DNA of 64,000 nt from Candidatus Levyibacteriota bacterium (GCA_016182185.1 JACOXU010000001.1:530915-594914); one strand, 5' to 3'; counted from the stretch's first letter, positions 8,348-17,630 are shown. The notes: a model not told the origin generated them from the sequence alone. Numbers and translations are program-made.

Positions 8348-10630
8348 ATGGATAAAAAACTGATTGTTTGGTTCAAAGATGTTGATAAAAACGATATTGG
8401 ACTTGTGGGGGGAAAAGGCGCAAATTTGGGAGAGATGACCAAATCCGGTTTTCCAGTTCCTCAGGGATTTATTGTAACCTCAGAAGCTTATTATCAGTTT
8501 CTAAAAGAAAATGATTTGAGTCAAAAAATAAAAGATGTTCTTGAAAAAGTAAATTACGAAGACTCTAACGACCTAAATAGAGCTTCTCAGGAAGCAAAAA
8601 ATCTAATTATTCAAGGCAATATTTCTGAAGAGCTGAAAAATGAAGTAATTAATTCTTATAAAAAACTGATTGAAGAATTTCAGGGGGAGCTAGTTGCCGT
8701 CAGATCTTCTGCCACTGCCGAAGACTTGCCTAATGCTTCATTTGCGGGGCAACAGGAAACATTTTTAAACGTGAAAGGCGAGAAAAATTTATTGCAGAAA
8801 TTAAAAGAAGCTTGGGCATCTTTATTTGACGGGCGTGCTATTTTCTATAGACATGAAAACAGATTTGATCATTTCAAAGTAGGAATTGCGATTCCAGTTC
8901 AGAAAATGGTTGAGTCGGATGCCTCAGGCATTATGTTTACTCTTGATCCTGTTACAAATGATGATTCCAAAATTGTCATTGAGGCGATCTTCGGACTAGG
9001 AGAACTCATTGTCCAAGGAGCAGTAACCCCTGATCATTATGAGGTGGCCAAGGAATCAATGAATATTGCCAATAAAAAAATTTCGACTCAAACAGTACAA
9101 CTTATTAAAGAAGGTGACGTTGATAAAGAAGTCCAGATCGAGACCGAAAAGGGAAATTTACAGAAAATAACTGATGGACAGATTCTTAAACTGGCAGAAT
9201 TGGGGAAAAAGCTTGAAGAACATTATCAATTTCCTCAGGATAGTGAATGGGCTATAGAAAAAAATAATGTTTACCTGGTTCAAACACGACCAATAACTAC
9301 AATAAAATCTACCCAGGAAAAGAATGAAGAAGCATCTGAAAAAATAAATCTGACTGTAATTCTAAAGGGCGACCCGGCCAGCCCCGGAATCGCCTCAGGA
9401 CCTGTTAAAGTTCTTCAGAGCGCACAAGAGATTGACAAAGTAGTTGAAGGCGACGTTCTTGTCGCGCCCCAGACTAATCCTGATTTTGTTCCGGCTATGA
9501 AAAAGGCGGTCGCTATTGTTACAGACAAGGGCGGTCGAACTTCTCATGCGGCAATTGTCTCACGAGAAATCGGAATTCCGGCAGTTGTCGGGACAGCAGA
9601 AGCAACAGTAAAACTCAAGGAAGGCCTGGAGATTACTGTCAATGGCGCAACGGGCGAAATTTACGAGGGGTATTATAAGAAAAAAATAGATTCCCAAAAG
9701 ACAGAGTCGAATATTCAAACCAGAACAAAAGTTTATGTGAATTTGGGAGAACCAGAATTTGCAGACAAGATCGCAAAGCGTCATGTTGACGGAGTCGGAC
9801 TCTTAAGAGCAGAATTTATGATGGCAGGAATCGGAAAGCATCCCAAAAAATTTATCAATGAAGGCAAGCAAAATGAATTTATTGATAAACTTGCGGAGGG
9901 ACTTGAAAAATTCTGTCAAGTCTTCAATCCTCGTCCGGTTGTCTACAGAGCTTCGGATTTTAAGACTAATGAATACAGAAACCTTGAAGGAGGCTCTGAT
10001 TTTGAGCCAGAAGAACCAAATCCAATGCTTGGTTATAGAGGCGCTTATAGATATATAAAAGATCCGGATGTTTTCAAACTAGAACTTGAGGCAATCAAAA
10101 AGGTCAGAAACGAAAAAGGACTTAAAAATCTTTGGCTTATGATTCCCTTTGTCAGGACTGTCGATGAATTGATCAAGGTCAAAGAACTAGTTGAATCTTC
10201 AGATCTTAAAAGATCCCCGGATTTCAAACTCTGGATGATGGTGGAAATTCCCTCAAATGTAATTCTTCTTGAAGATTTTATAAAAGTCGGTGTCGATGGC
10301 GTGTCGGTTGGATCCAATGATTTAACCATGCTTGTCCTTGGAACTGATCGGGACAATAATCTGGTTGCCAAAGAATTTAATGAAGAAAACCAAGCAATTC
10401 TTTGGGCGCTTGAGAGAGTTGTTAAGACTACGCAGAAATACAATATTACCTCATCTCTTTGCGGACAGGCTGCCTCAACCTATCCTAGGCTCCTGGATAA
10501 ACTTGTTGATTGGGGCATAACCAGCGTCTCAGTTTCCCCTGATATGATAGACAAAACTCGGGAGCTAATTTCAGGCTTTGAAAAAGAATCAAATGGAAAT
10601 TTCTTCGGCAGATTATTTTCTAACACTTAA
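8348..10630 (+). CDS. ppsA: Phosphoenolpyruvate synthase
   Basis: VGGKGANLGEM, AVRSSATAEDL, GGRTSHAAIVSRE, GVGLLRAEF; ATG 8348 chosen because a -10-like TACGAT precedes it. Confidence 0.95.
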   Translation: MDKKLIVWFKDVDKNDIGLVGGKGANLGEMTKSGFPVPQGFIVTSEAYYQFLKENDLSQKIKDVLEKVNYEDSNDLNRASQEAKNLIIQGNISEELKNEVINSYKKLIEEFQGELVAVRSSATAEDLPNASFAGQQETFLNVKGEKNLLQKLKEAWASLFDGRAIFYRHENRFDHFKVGIAIPVQKMVESDASGIMFTLDPVTNDDSKIVIEAIFGLGELIVQGAVTPDHYEVAKESMNIANKKISTQTVQLIKEGDVDKEVQIETEKGNLQKITDGQILKLAELGKKLEEHYQFPQDSEWAIEKNNVYLVQTRPITTIKSTQEKNEEASEKINLTVILKGDPASPGIASGPVKVLQSAQEIDKVVEGDVLVAPQTNPDFVPAMKKAVAIVTDKGGRTSHAAIVSREIGIPAVVGTAEATVKLKEGLEITVNGATGEIYEGYYKKKIDSQKTESNIQTRTKVYVNLGEPEFADKIAKRHVDGVGLLRAEFMMAGIGKHPKKFINEGKQNEFIDKLAEGLEKFCQVFNPRPVVYRASDFKTNEYRNLEGGSDFEPEEPNPMLGYRGAYRYIKDPDVFKLELEAIKKVRNEKGLKNLWLMIPFVRTVDELIKVKELVESSDLKRSPDFKLWMMVEIPSNVILLEDFIKVGVDGVSVGSNDLTMLVLGTDRDNNLVAKEFNEENQAILWALERVVKTTQKYNITSSLCGQAASTYPRLLDKLVDWGITSVSVSPDMIDKTRELISGFEKESNGNFFGRLFSNT

Positions 10631-11862
10631 CTTGCGACATATTTAAGGATAAAAAGCGAATCTACAGAATCTACTCTTCCGTTTTTATCTACATCTGCCT
10701 GCGTTGCATTAATAGTATTTGATCCAGTTGAACATTTTGTTCCTGTTATTGATAGTTTTGCAACATAACGCTGAACTAAAAGAGCATCAACAGAGGTAAT
10801 CGATCCATCACAGTTTACATCTCCTCCGGTTGAAAAAAGAGCGCTGGTGCTATTTATGACCGCTCCACTTCCACAAGTATTGCTAGTTGGAGTACGCATA
10901 ATAAATTGATAGGTTCTCGTGGTTGGAAAAGCAATTTGTTTTGTACCAGAATTACCGCTTGCAAAAAATGCTTCGCCTGAACCGCTTGATGTGCATATAT
11001 AAGCACTCGGATAACCAGACGTGCTCCAGCTGATGGTTGACGTACAGGATGTACCTGAAATAACAAGACAGGGATTATGAGATATTCTAATACTTGCAGT
11101 AGGAACGGGTGTAGGAGTAGGTGTAGAAGTTGGGGTTGAAGCTATGTAGCTTACTGGGGTATCTATAGTTCCTCCAAGTTCTTGCGCCCAATACCAACCG
11201 AAGGTAGAATTGGGATTATATGCTCGGTAAAATCCAACAGCCGTGTAATTTGGGTTTAATAAATTTGCATTATGCCCTGGTGATCCTTTCCAAGCTTCAA
11301 GAGCCTCGGATCCTGTTTGAGACCCTGATGCCAAATTTTCTCCTCTCCATGTATTAAAAGTATATCCGAAATCGCTTTGTCTTTTAAAGGGATCGCGACC
11401 TAGCGAATCTGTATGTGAAAAATAATTTTTGGAAGCCATATCATTTGCCATCCACTTAGCAACCTCTGTTAATATTAGGGATGGTGTCAAAACAGATAAT
11501 CCTTTTTGCGCTCTGTAGTTATTGAAAAGTGCTAATAAATTTATAATTTCAGAGTCAACAGTATAATTCTGTGCTGGTGCGATTCCCGAACCAGAAACAA
11601 GCGATTTTGGAGCGATAGGCTGACTGCTTGAGGGAGCAACAGAGTAAGATGTGCCCACATTGGAAGTAATTGCCGCTTTCGGATTAAAAATTAAATATGT
11701 GCTTACAATTGATGGGGTTGCAACGGCAATAAGAATAATAGATACTATAAATAATCTGCTGAGCCCATCAAGAGAAAGAAACCATTCCCATATTAACTTG
11801 AATAAATTTCGTTGTCTGGAAGTTTTTTCGTGCTTGGAATCTATGGAAACAATTTTGGCCAT
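10627..11862 (-). CDS. Exported protein: conserved leader, CAP/SCP domain, PT linker, C-terminal dockerin-like repeat
   Basis: NYFSHTD, GENLA, WKGSPGHNANLL; GDVNCDGSITSVDAL and ADVDKNGRVDSVDSL. Confidence 0.88.
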   Translation of the reverse strand: MAKIVSIDSKHEKTSRQRNLFKLIWEWFLSLDGLSRLFIVSIILIAVATPSIVSTYLIFNPKAAITSNVGTSYSVAPSSSQPIAPKSLVSGSGIAPAQNYTVDSEIINLLALFNNYRAQKGLSVLTPSLILTEVAKWMANDMASKNYFSHTDSLGRDPFKRQSDFGYTFNTWRGENLASGSQTGSEALEAWKGSPGHNANLLNPNYTAVGFYRAYNPNSTFGWYWAQELGGTIDTPVSYIASTPTSTPTPTPVPTASIRISHNPCLVISGTSCTSTISWSTSGYPSAYICTSSGSGEAFFASGNSGTKQIAFPTTRTYQFIMRTPTSNTCGSGAVINSTSALFSTGGDVNCDGSITSVDALLVQRYVAKLSITGTKCSTGSNTINATQADVDKNGRVDSVDSLFILKYVAS

Positions 11863-11898
11863 TTGTACTTAAATTAGTGTGGCTCAAAAAAAAATTAA

Positions 11899-11917
11899 TG
11901 TCAAGTTAAGCTTGACA
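11899..11917. promoter_or_regulatory. Back-to-back -35 boxes of two divergent sigma70 promoters
   Basis: TGTCAAG-ttaag-CTTGACA; each TTGACA is followed 17 bp later by a -10-like hexamer (TAGCGT on +, CACACT on -). Confidence 0.75.
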
Positions 11918-11950
11918 GCAGAATTAAAGAGTGTTAGCGTTTAATTATAG

Positions 11951-12445
11951 ATGAAGTTATTCAAATCTGCAGATAACTTTACCAAAATATTCGTTATTAC
12001 TGTGGTCCTGATTATCATCGCTACTCCGTTTATAGTCAGTCAATACCAAAATTCTAAACAGGAGGCAAAAGGTAATGATCCAGGTATTGTTACTGATGAA
12101 AATGGTTGTGTTTCAAAAGTCATCTTTAGCAATATTCCTATAAATCCCGGTCAGACAATAGAATACAGTCTCAATTATTGTCTTGATTATCCGGAAGGCG
12201 CATACATGGGTTGGGTATTTTGGCGACAGCAGCAAAGGGGTCCGACTAAATACCTGACACTGACTGTAACTTCTCCCACAGGATTAACATGGACTCAGAG
12301 AAATGATACGGGATCAGGCGTGGGCTGGTGGGACTATGTTGCAAATCCTAAAGGAGTCTGGAAATATTCTGTAAAAAGCGAGGGTGCAATAAAAACTATG
12401 TACGATATCAATTTAGCAGCCATAGGACGCGAAATTCCTCAATAA
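11951..12445 (+). CDS. Exported protein with conserved leader and small beta-sandwich domain
   Basis: FKSADNFTK-hydrophobic-TPFIV leader; LTLTVTSPTG...PKGVWKYSV. Confidence 0.8.
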   Translation: MKLFKSADNFTKIFVITVVLIIIATPFIVSQYQNSKQEAKGNDPGIVTDENGCVSKVIFSNIPINPGQTIEYSLNYCLDYPEGAYMGWVFWRQQQRGPTKYLTLTVTSPTGLTWTQRNDTGSGVGWWDYVANPKGVWKYSVKSEGAIKTMYDINLAAIGREIPQ

Positions 12446-12501
12446 AACCTCTAAACCTTCTTGCTTGACAAATATCTTCTTTTTATCTAGTCTTAAATAA
12501 A

Positions 12502-13011
12502 ATGGCAGAAATTTTGTCAACCGGCTCACCTGAGGAGACCATGCAAAAAGAGGGATTTCTGAAATCCATCTCAGAGTCCTTCAAGTCTCTTGATCGTTTC
12601 ACCAAAGGATTTATATTTACAACTCTTTTATTAATAGTGGTTACCCCGTTTATAGTCAATCAATATTTAAATACTCTTCAGGAAGCAGCCGGAACCGGAA
12701 AGGATAATCTAGTCACCGCGATATCTGTTGCTGCTAATTCAGGCGGAAGTGTCACTTTTAATGTAACCAGATCAATACCATACGACAAAGAAACAATCTG
12801 GGTCACTAATCAATGCTGGAATAAAGATGACAAGTTAGTCCAGGATCAAGACGGTGCAGTTGCCTGGGGCACAACTCAGAGTCTTACCGGTACAACATCC
12901 CCACTTCCCACTGCAGGAGGTGTTAGGTGCACCGCCTATGTAACTCTACGACCCTGGCAAGACAAACCTTTAGGTGATAGTATTATTAATTACACTCCTG
13001 ACAGTCAATAG
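12502..13011 (+). CDS. Exported protein with conserved leader, unknown passenger
   Basis: FKSLDRFTK-hydrophobic-TPFIV leader; own TTGACA-17-TAGTCT promoter. Confidence 0.8.
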   Translation: MAEILSTGSPEETMQKEGFLKSISESFKSLDRFTKGFIFTTLLLIVVTPFIVNQYLNTLQEAAGTGKDNLVTAISVAANSGGSVTFNVTRSIPYDKETIWVTNQCWNKDDKLVQDQDGAVAWGTTQSLTGTTSPLPTAGGVRCTAYVTLRPWQDKPLGDSIINYTPDSQ

Positions 13012-13064
13012 GGGCATCCGCAGTAAGTTGACTTTTACCAAAAACGTATGATATTTTTTTTATA

Positions 13065-13250
13065 TTGATGCAGGAAAAATTACGGGAAAATAATTTGAAT
13101 CCTCATTATGCAGATCGAGGAGGTCATGGAGCAAGACATGATTTTTGGAAAAACGTAAGAAATGAATACGGACGAGTAGGTGAACTTCCCAAGGAAATAG
13201 CCTGGATTATTGTAAGAAATATGAGGCGCGATCCGCGAAGCGGAAGATAA
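13065..13250 (+). CDS. Small hypothetical protein
   Basis: Fills the intergenic gap, TTGACT upstream; no family recognised. Confidence 0.4.
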   Translation: MMQEKLRENNLNPHYADRGGHGARHDFWKNVRNEYGRVGELPKEIAWIIVRNMRRDPRSGR

Positions 13251-13303
13251 ATTACTCTCCTCTTTCTTCATAAAACTGACAATATATGGTATAACTACTC
13301 CGT

Positions 13304-13696
13304 ATGAAATACAATTTTTTGACGTCAGAGGAAAAAAGAGTAATTGAGAATGGGGCAACGGAGACTCCTTTCAGCGGAGAGTATGATGATTTTTATAAAG
13401 ACGGAGTTTTTATTTGCAGAAGGTGTGATGCTCCCCTTTTTTCTTCCAAAAGTAAATTTGACTCAGGATGCGGCTGGCCATCCTTTGATGAAAATTATCC
13501 TAATGCGGTCGAAAGGCTATCTGATCCGGATGGAATAAGAACTGAGATAAGATGCGCAAATTGCGATGGTCATTTGGGACATGTTTTTGAGGGAGAAAAA
13601 ATGACGGAAAAAGATACGAGGCACTGCGTTAATTCTTTATCAATCCGCTTTATTCCTCGTGGAGACAATTTACCGGAGGTGATTTATGAAAAATAA
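13304..13696 (+). CDS. msrB: Peptide-methionine (R)-S-oxide reductase
   Basis: TETPFSG, CRRC, KFDSGCGWPSF, HLGHVF, RHCVNS. Confidence 0.96.
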   Translation: MKYNFLTSEEKRVIENGATETPFSGEYDDFYKDGVFICRRCDAPLFSSKSKFDSGCGWPSFDENYPNAVERLSDPDGIRTEIRCANCDGHLGHVFEGEKMTEKDTRHCVNSLSIRFIPRGDNLPEVIYEK

Positions 13697-14243
13697 ATTT
13701 GATACTGCAACTTTCGCCGGCGGATGTTTCTGGTGTACAGAGGCAATTTACAAAAGATTAAAAGGCGTTGAGTCAGTAACTCCGGGTTATACAGGCGGCC
13801 GTTTAGAAAATCCCTCATATGATACAGTCTGCCAAGGTAATACCGATCATGCTGAGGCAATTCAAATCGAATTTAATCCATTAATTATCTCATTTGAAAA
13901 ACTTCTCGATATTTTCTGGCATACCCATAATCCCACAACTTTAAATCAACAGGGAAACGATATAGGCACACAATACCGTTCTGAAATCTTTTATCATAAT
14001 GGGTCTCAAAAAGATATCGCTGAAAAATCAAAAAAAGAATTAGAAAAAACCCGTATTTACAAAGACCCTATTGTTACCAAAATAAGTCAGTTGACAAAAT
14101 TTTACCCTGCCGAGAGCTATCATATTAATTACTATGATAAAAATAAATCAGCTCCTTATTGTAATTTTATAATTGAGCCCAAGATTCAAAAACTCCTTAA
14201 AGAATACAGCCAGGATGTAAAAGATGAATATAAGGACGCGTAG
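13686..14243 (+). CDS. msrA: Peptide-methionine (S)-S-oxide reductase
   Basis: GGCFWC, QGNDIGTQYRS, FYPAESYH. Confidence 0.96.
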   Translation: MKNKFDTATFAGGCFWCTEAIYKRLKGVESVTPGYTGGRLENPSYDTVCQGNTDHAEAIQIEFNPLIISFEKLLDIFWHTHNPTTLNQQGNDIGTQYRSEIFYHNGSQKDIAEKSKKELEKTRIYKDPIVTKISQLTKFYPAESYHINYYDKNKSAPYCNFIIEPKIQKLLKEYSQDVKDEYKDA

Positions 14244-14250
14244 AAATTGT

Positions 14251-14919
14251 TTATTTTTTTCCTAAATAAAATACAAAGAAATAGCCGTTGGCCGCCCCGC
14301 AACCGAAATTCCATTTTGGGTCAAGCAAGTTTTCTCTATGCCCCGCTGTTGATTTAGCCCATCCCTCATTGATTGCGTATTCTGGCGGTTGCTTAGCGCT
14401 TGACTGGAAAATAACCTCTCCCATTGCATTAAATTCAGCTTGAGATGAAAAAAATTTATTAAAACCTGCATGATTATCAAGGCTTCCATGCGCAATTAAT
14501 TCATCTAATCTTTTCAGTGCAATCTGGCACAAACTTTCACTCGATGCTAAAGGCGAAACTCCATTTGCGTTTCTGAAGGCATTTACCGCGGTTAATAAAC
14601 TTGATTCACTCTGAGGTGCGCTTGTCGGAACAACTGTTGGAAAAGGGGGTGGGGCTTGAGTCGGAAAAATGATTTGAGGAGTAGGCATTGGAGTAATTAT
14701 TTTTATCGTAGGGGCTGGCGTAACTGGAATAAGTGTGGGAGAAGATTTAATTTCTGATTTTGCGATTATTAGATTTTTTTCTAAATTTTCTTCCTGAGCA
14801 AAAACCGAAACCACCGAAAAAACAATAATTAATAGGGCAGCTGAGGTAATCTTGGGGAATTTTAAGAGGGAAAATTTTGTTTTTTGAAGCAACTTTAGTA
14901 ATTTATCTTTCTCCATCAA
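14251..14919 (-). CDS. CAP/SCP-domain exported protein with PT linker
   Basis: VNAFRNANGVSPL, GEVI, WAKSTAGHRENLL. Confidence 0.8.
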   Translation of the reverse strand: MMEKDKLLKLLQKTKFSLLKFPKITSAALLIIVFSVVSVFAQEENLEKNLIIAKSEIKSSPTLIPVTPAPTIKIITPMPTPQIIFPTQAPPPFPTVVPTSAPQSESSLLTAVNAFRNANGVSPLASSESLCQIALKRLDELIAHGSLDNHAGFNKFFSSQAEFNAMGEVIFQSSAKQPPEYAINEGWAKSTAGHRENLLDPKWNFGCGAANGYFFVFYLGKK

Positions 14920-14980
14920 AATCGGGCATAAACTATTTTAACCACAGATAAAAATTTTTGCAAGGGAACGAAGATAATCT

Positions 14981-15754
14981 CTATTTTTGATCCCAGATGA
15001 TGTACGTAAATAACTTGTGTCCGCCGCCGAAATCACGCTCAAATAATGCGATTCGTCCGTTATCCTTAAGGAGCTTTCCCCAGTCGCTTCGATTAGGAAA
15101 TTCTCCCAGCGCAAAAGCTCGCCGCAAAGTTGATTTCGCTGTTGTTAAGCTGTCGAGATGAGAGTATATCAGATCGAGCTGGTCGTAATCATGCTGATTT
15201 GGGTGTTGATTCGGCACAGGATCACTTGAATAATCCATGCAGGTTCCAAGCGGCGGATTTTCAAAAATTTCATCCTGGTGATCAAGTCCTAATGTATGAC
15301 CTATTTCCTGACACATGACAAGATTCTTCCAGGCAGATGTATTATAGGTTGATGTATTAAAATATGTATCATTTGCTTTCACAACCCCTTGATAGATATG
15401 ACCATTGTTTACCCAGATTTGCGCAAGCCCAAGCCATCCGTTTCTGCCGTATCTGTAATTACAAACTTCGACTCGGCCATTAGTCGGACGGCAGCGTCTT
15501 GCATTCGTTCCACCGGCAACAATACTCGTATCAAGGACGGATGATATGCTCCAGTCAGAAGATGAAGTATTAAGATATGAATCCCAGGCAAGAGACACAT
15601 TGTCTCCAAGTCTTAAATTAAATGGGTTACCTGTTCGCGCCCAATGATAATTTCCCCATGAATGATTAGCATTTACGGTTGAAGAACCGAAAATTAAAAG
15701 GAAGAAAAACCCAACAGTTGTAGTGAATAAGATACTGCTAATTATTTTATACAC
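14981..15754 (-). CDS. Secreted metzincin-like zinc metalloprotease
   Basis: Signal peptide; CQEIGHTLGLDH and Met-turn TCMDY. Confidence 0.75.
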   Translation of the reverse strand: MYKIISSILFTTTVGFFFLLIFGSSTVNANHSWGNYHWARTGNPFNLRLGDNVSLAWDSYLNTSSSDWSISSVLDTSIVAGGTNARRCRPTNGRVEVCNYRYGRNGWLGLAQIWVNNGHIYQGVVKANDTYFNTSTYNTSAWKNLVMCQEIGHTLGLDHQDEIFENPPLGTCMDYSSDPVPNQHPNQHDYDQLDLIYSHLDSLTTAKSTLRRAFALGEFPNRSDWGKLLKDNGRIALFERDFGGGHKLFTYIIWDQK

Positions 15755-15829
15755 TATCTATTGAGATTAGCAAAATACAATTATCTGTGTCAAGAGGAAA
15801 CTCTTTTTGCCTAGTGGTAAAATAAAAAT

Positions 15830-16099
15830 ATGAAGAGATGGTCAGGGGAAGTTACCAAAACAAGCATAGCTCTGGATCTTGAAAAAGGTGTGTTTACCTG
15901 GGGTAATCCAAAGAAAATAGCTCAAAGTCTTAAGCGCTCAGCTGAAGAAAGTACGAGAAGAAAAGCCGATCCCTTTCAGTCTGCAATGTCTATGCTCAAC
16001 TTCTATATAAACCGCGCCGGTAAAAATCTTAAGCCTGAAAGAAGAAAAATACTTAACCAGACAAAGGAAGAACTCAGAAAATTATTCAAAAGGACTTAA
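15830..16099 (+). CDS. DUF3175 protein
   Basis: WSGEVT, ALDLEKGVFT, SAMSMLNFYINRAGKNL. Confidence 0.88.
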   Translation: MKRWSGEVTKTSIALDLEKGVFTWGNPKKIAQSLKRSAEESTRRKADPFQSAMSMLNFYINRAGKNLKPERRKILNQTKEELRKLFKRT

Positions 16100-16123
16100 A
16101 AGGCAGATGGGCAGGAATTTTTA

Positions 16124-16690
16124 TTAAGGTCTTCTGCTATTTTCTTTTGCTCCTTCGCTTGTTGACTGACCAAAGCTCTGACCATCCTCCTTAGCCGAAT
16201 CAGGTTGTGATTCTGTTACAGCTTGACCAAAACTGGCACTTTCATTTACACCAACACTAACCTCACTGTTAATCGGACCGTGTTCGTTTAAAACTATTTC
16301 TCCCCCTGAGGCAAGAGCGACAGAATTATCGACTGCGACTTGAGGAATTAAGGTTGGCATTGTTTTATCAGATTTAGTGTTTTCTGCTTGAATTCTAGTT
16401 GTCTCTTGAGTTTCAAGATTTGCCTTTACTTTTACACTAATAGATTGTCCTAGGTTTTCTCCGCCGTTGCTTGGGCTCTCTGGCGTTTGATCCTCTACAA
16501 TTGCTATAGAATCAATATCTTCTGATTGTTGAAAATTGGAATTTTGCGGATCAAGATTTTTGGCCGCTTCAGAAGTCATCCCTCCTCTTAAGGAAACTTC
16601 CTGTTGAGTCTGAGGAGGAAGATTTGCCGGTTTACCGCTTTGAACAAAAGCAGTAATCAACGTCATTAAGCTAGCTAAAAATTCTACCAT
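16124..16690 (-). CDS. Hypothetical low-complexity, probably exported protein
   Basis: RBS GGAGGTG; hydrophobic N-terminus; repeated (L/F)GQ-S/A motif. Confidence 0.7.
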   Translation of the reverse strand: MVEFLASLMTLITAFVQSGKPANLPPQTQQEVSLRGGMTSEAAKNLDPQNSNFQQSEDIDSIAIVEDQTPESPSNGGENLGQSISVKVKANLETQETTRIQAENTKSDKTMPTLIPQVAVDNSVALASGGEIVLNEHGPINSEVSVGVNESASFGQAVTESQPDSAKEDGQSFGQSTSEGAKENSRRP

Positions 16691-16742
16691 CTATATTCAC
16701 CTCCCTTCTTATATATAAGACCGAAGCTCGATAAATTCGTAA

Positions 16743-16765
16743 CAAAAACCCTGCCGAAGGCAGGA
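16743..16765 (-). terminator. Intrinsic terminator (cUUCGg hairpin plus U tract)
   Basis: Minus strand CCTGCC-TTCG-GCAGGG-TTTTTG. Confidence 0.75.
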
Positions 16766-16774
16766 GTGGACGGA

Positions 16775-16803
16775 ATTATAGCCAATTCAGGAATAAAAAT
16801 CAA
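16775..16803 (-). promoter_or_regulatory. Sigma70 promoter pointing directly at the terminator
   Basis: TTGATT-17 bp-TATAAT on minus strand. Confidence 0.7.
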
Positions 16804-16825
16804 ATACTATGTTAAACTAAAATCT

Positions 16826-17599
16826 ATGGACTATCTTCAATCAATATTACTTGGCATTGTTGAGGGTGCGACAGAATTTTTACCTATCTCATCAACCGGG
16901 CATCTTATTCTTACCTCTGATGTTCTTAAAATTCCTCAAACAGACTTTGTTAAAAGTTTTGAAATTTTTATTCAATTGGGAGCAATTTTGGCAATTGTTT
17001 TTCTTTATGCCAAAACTTTTTTAACAAATAGAGATGTCTTATTGAGAATTTGCATCGCCTTTCTACCAACTGTATTTATGGGACTTGCCTTTTATAAAAT
17101 TGTGAAAGACTTCTTAATCGGCAACACCTCGATTACCCTGCTGGCATTATCTCTCGGCGGAATTATTCTTATTTTCCTTGAGATTTTATATAAAGAAAAA
17201 GATCATCATGCGGATCGAATTGAAAAATTAAATCTAAAACAATCATTTTTAATCGGTCTTTGCCAGTCAGTAGCTCTTATTCCCGGTGTTTCAAGGGCAG
17301 CCGCAACAATTATTGGCGGACTTTTCTTAGGTGCCAAGAGAAAGACAGCAGTCGAGTTCTCTTTTCTTCTTGCAGTTCCTACTATGCTTGCTGCAACCGG
17401 ACTTGATCTTGTCAAAGGTAATCTAAGCTTTAATCAAAAAGAGTTCTTATTGCTTCTAGTCGGTTTCGTAACATCATTTATAGTGGCTCTTCTCTCAGTT
17501 AAATTTCTCTTGAGATTTATCAAAACACATAATTTTATTCCTTTTGGGATCTACAGAATTCTTCTTGCTCTCCTCTTCTGGCTATTGATAATGAAATAG
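16826..17599 (+). CDS. uppP: Undecaprenyl-diphosphate phosphatase
   Basis: GIVEGATEFLPISSTGHL, IQLGAILA, PGVSR, EFSFLLAVP; ATG 16826 follows TAAACT. Confidence 0.95.
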   Translation: MDYLQSILLGIVEGATEFLPISSTGHLILTSDVLKIPQTDFVKSFEIFIQLGAILAIVFLYAKTFLTNRDVLLRICIAFLPTVFMGLAFYKIVKDFLIGNTSITLLALSLGGIILIFLEILYKEKDHHADRIEKLNLKQSFLIGLCQSVALIPGVSRAAATIIGGLFLGAKRKTAVEFSFLLAVPTMLAATGLDLVKGNLSFNQKEFLLLLVGFVTSFIVALLSVKFLLRFIKTHNFIPFGIYRILLALLFWLLIMK

Positions 17600-17630
17600 A
17601 TCTTAAATTTATTGTGGTATATTAAAATTG

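Noticed and set aside
16766-16825. Longer N-termini from the ORF track for uppP (also ppsA, NUDIX, csaA, cupin, valS, VOC)
   Set aside because: The extensions run through promoter boxes (translated as YN or YVKL-type peptides); downstream starts fit family N-termini better
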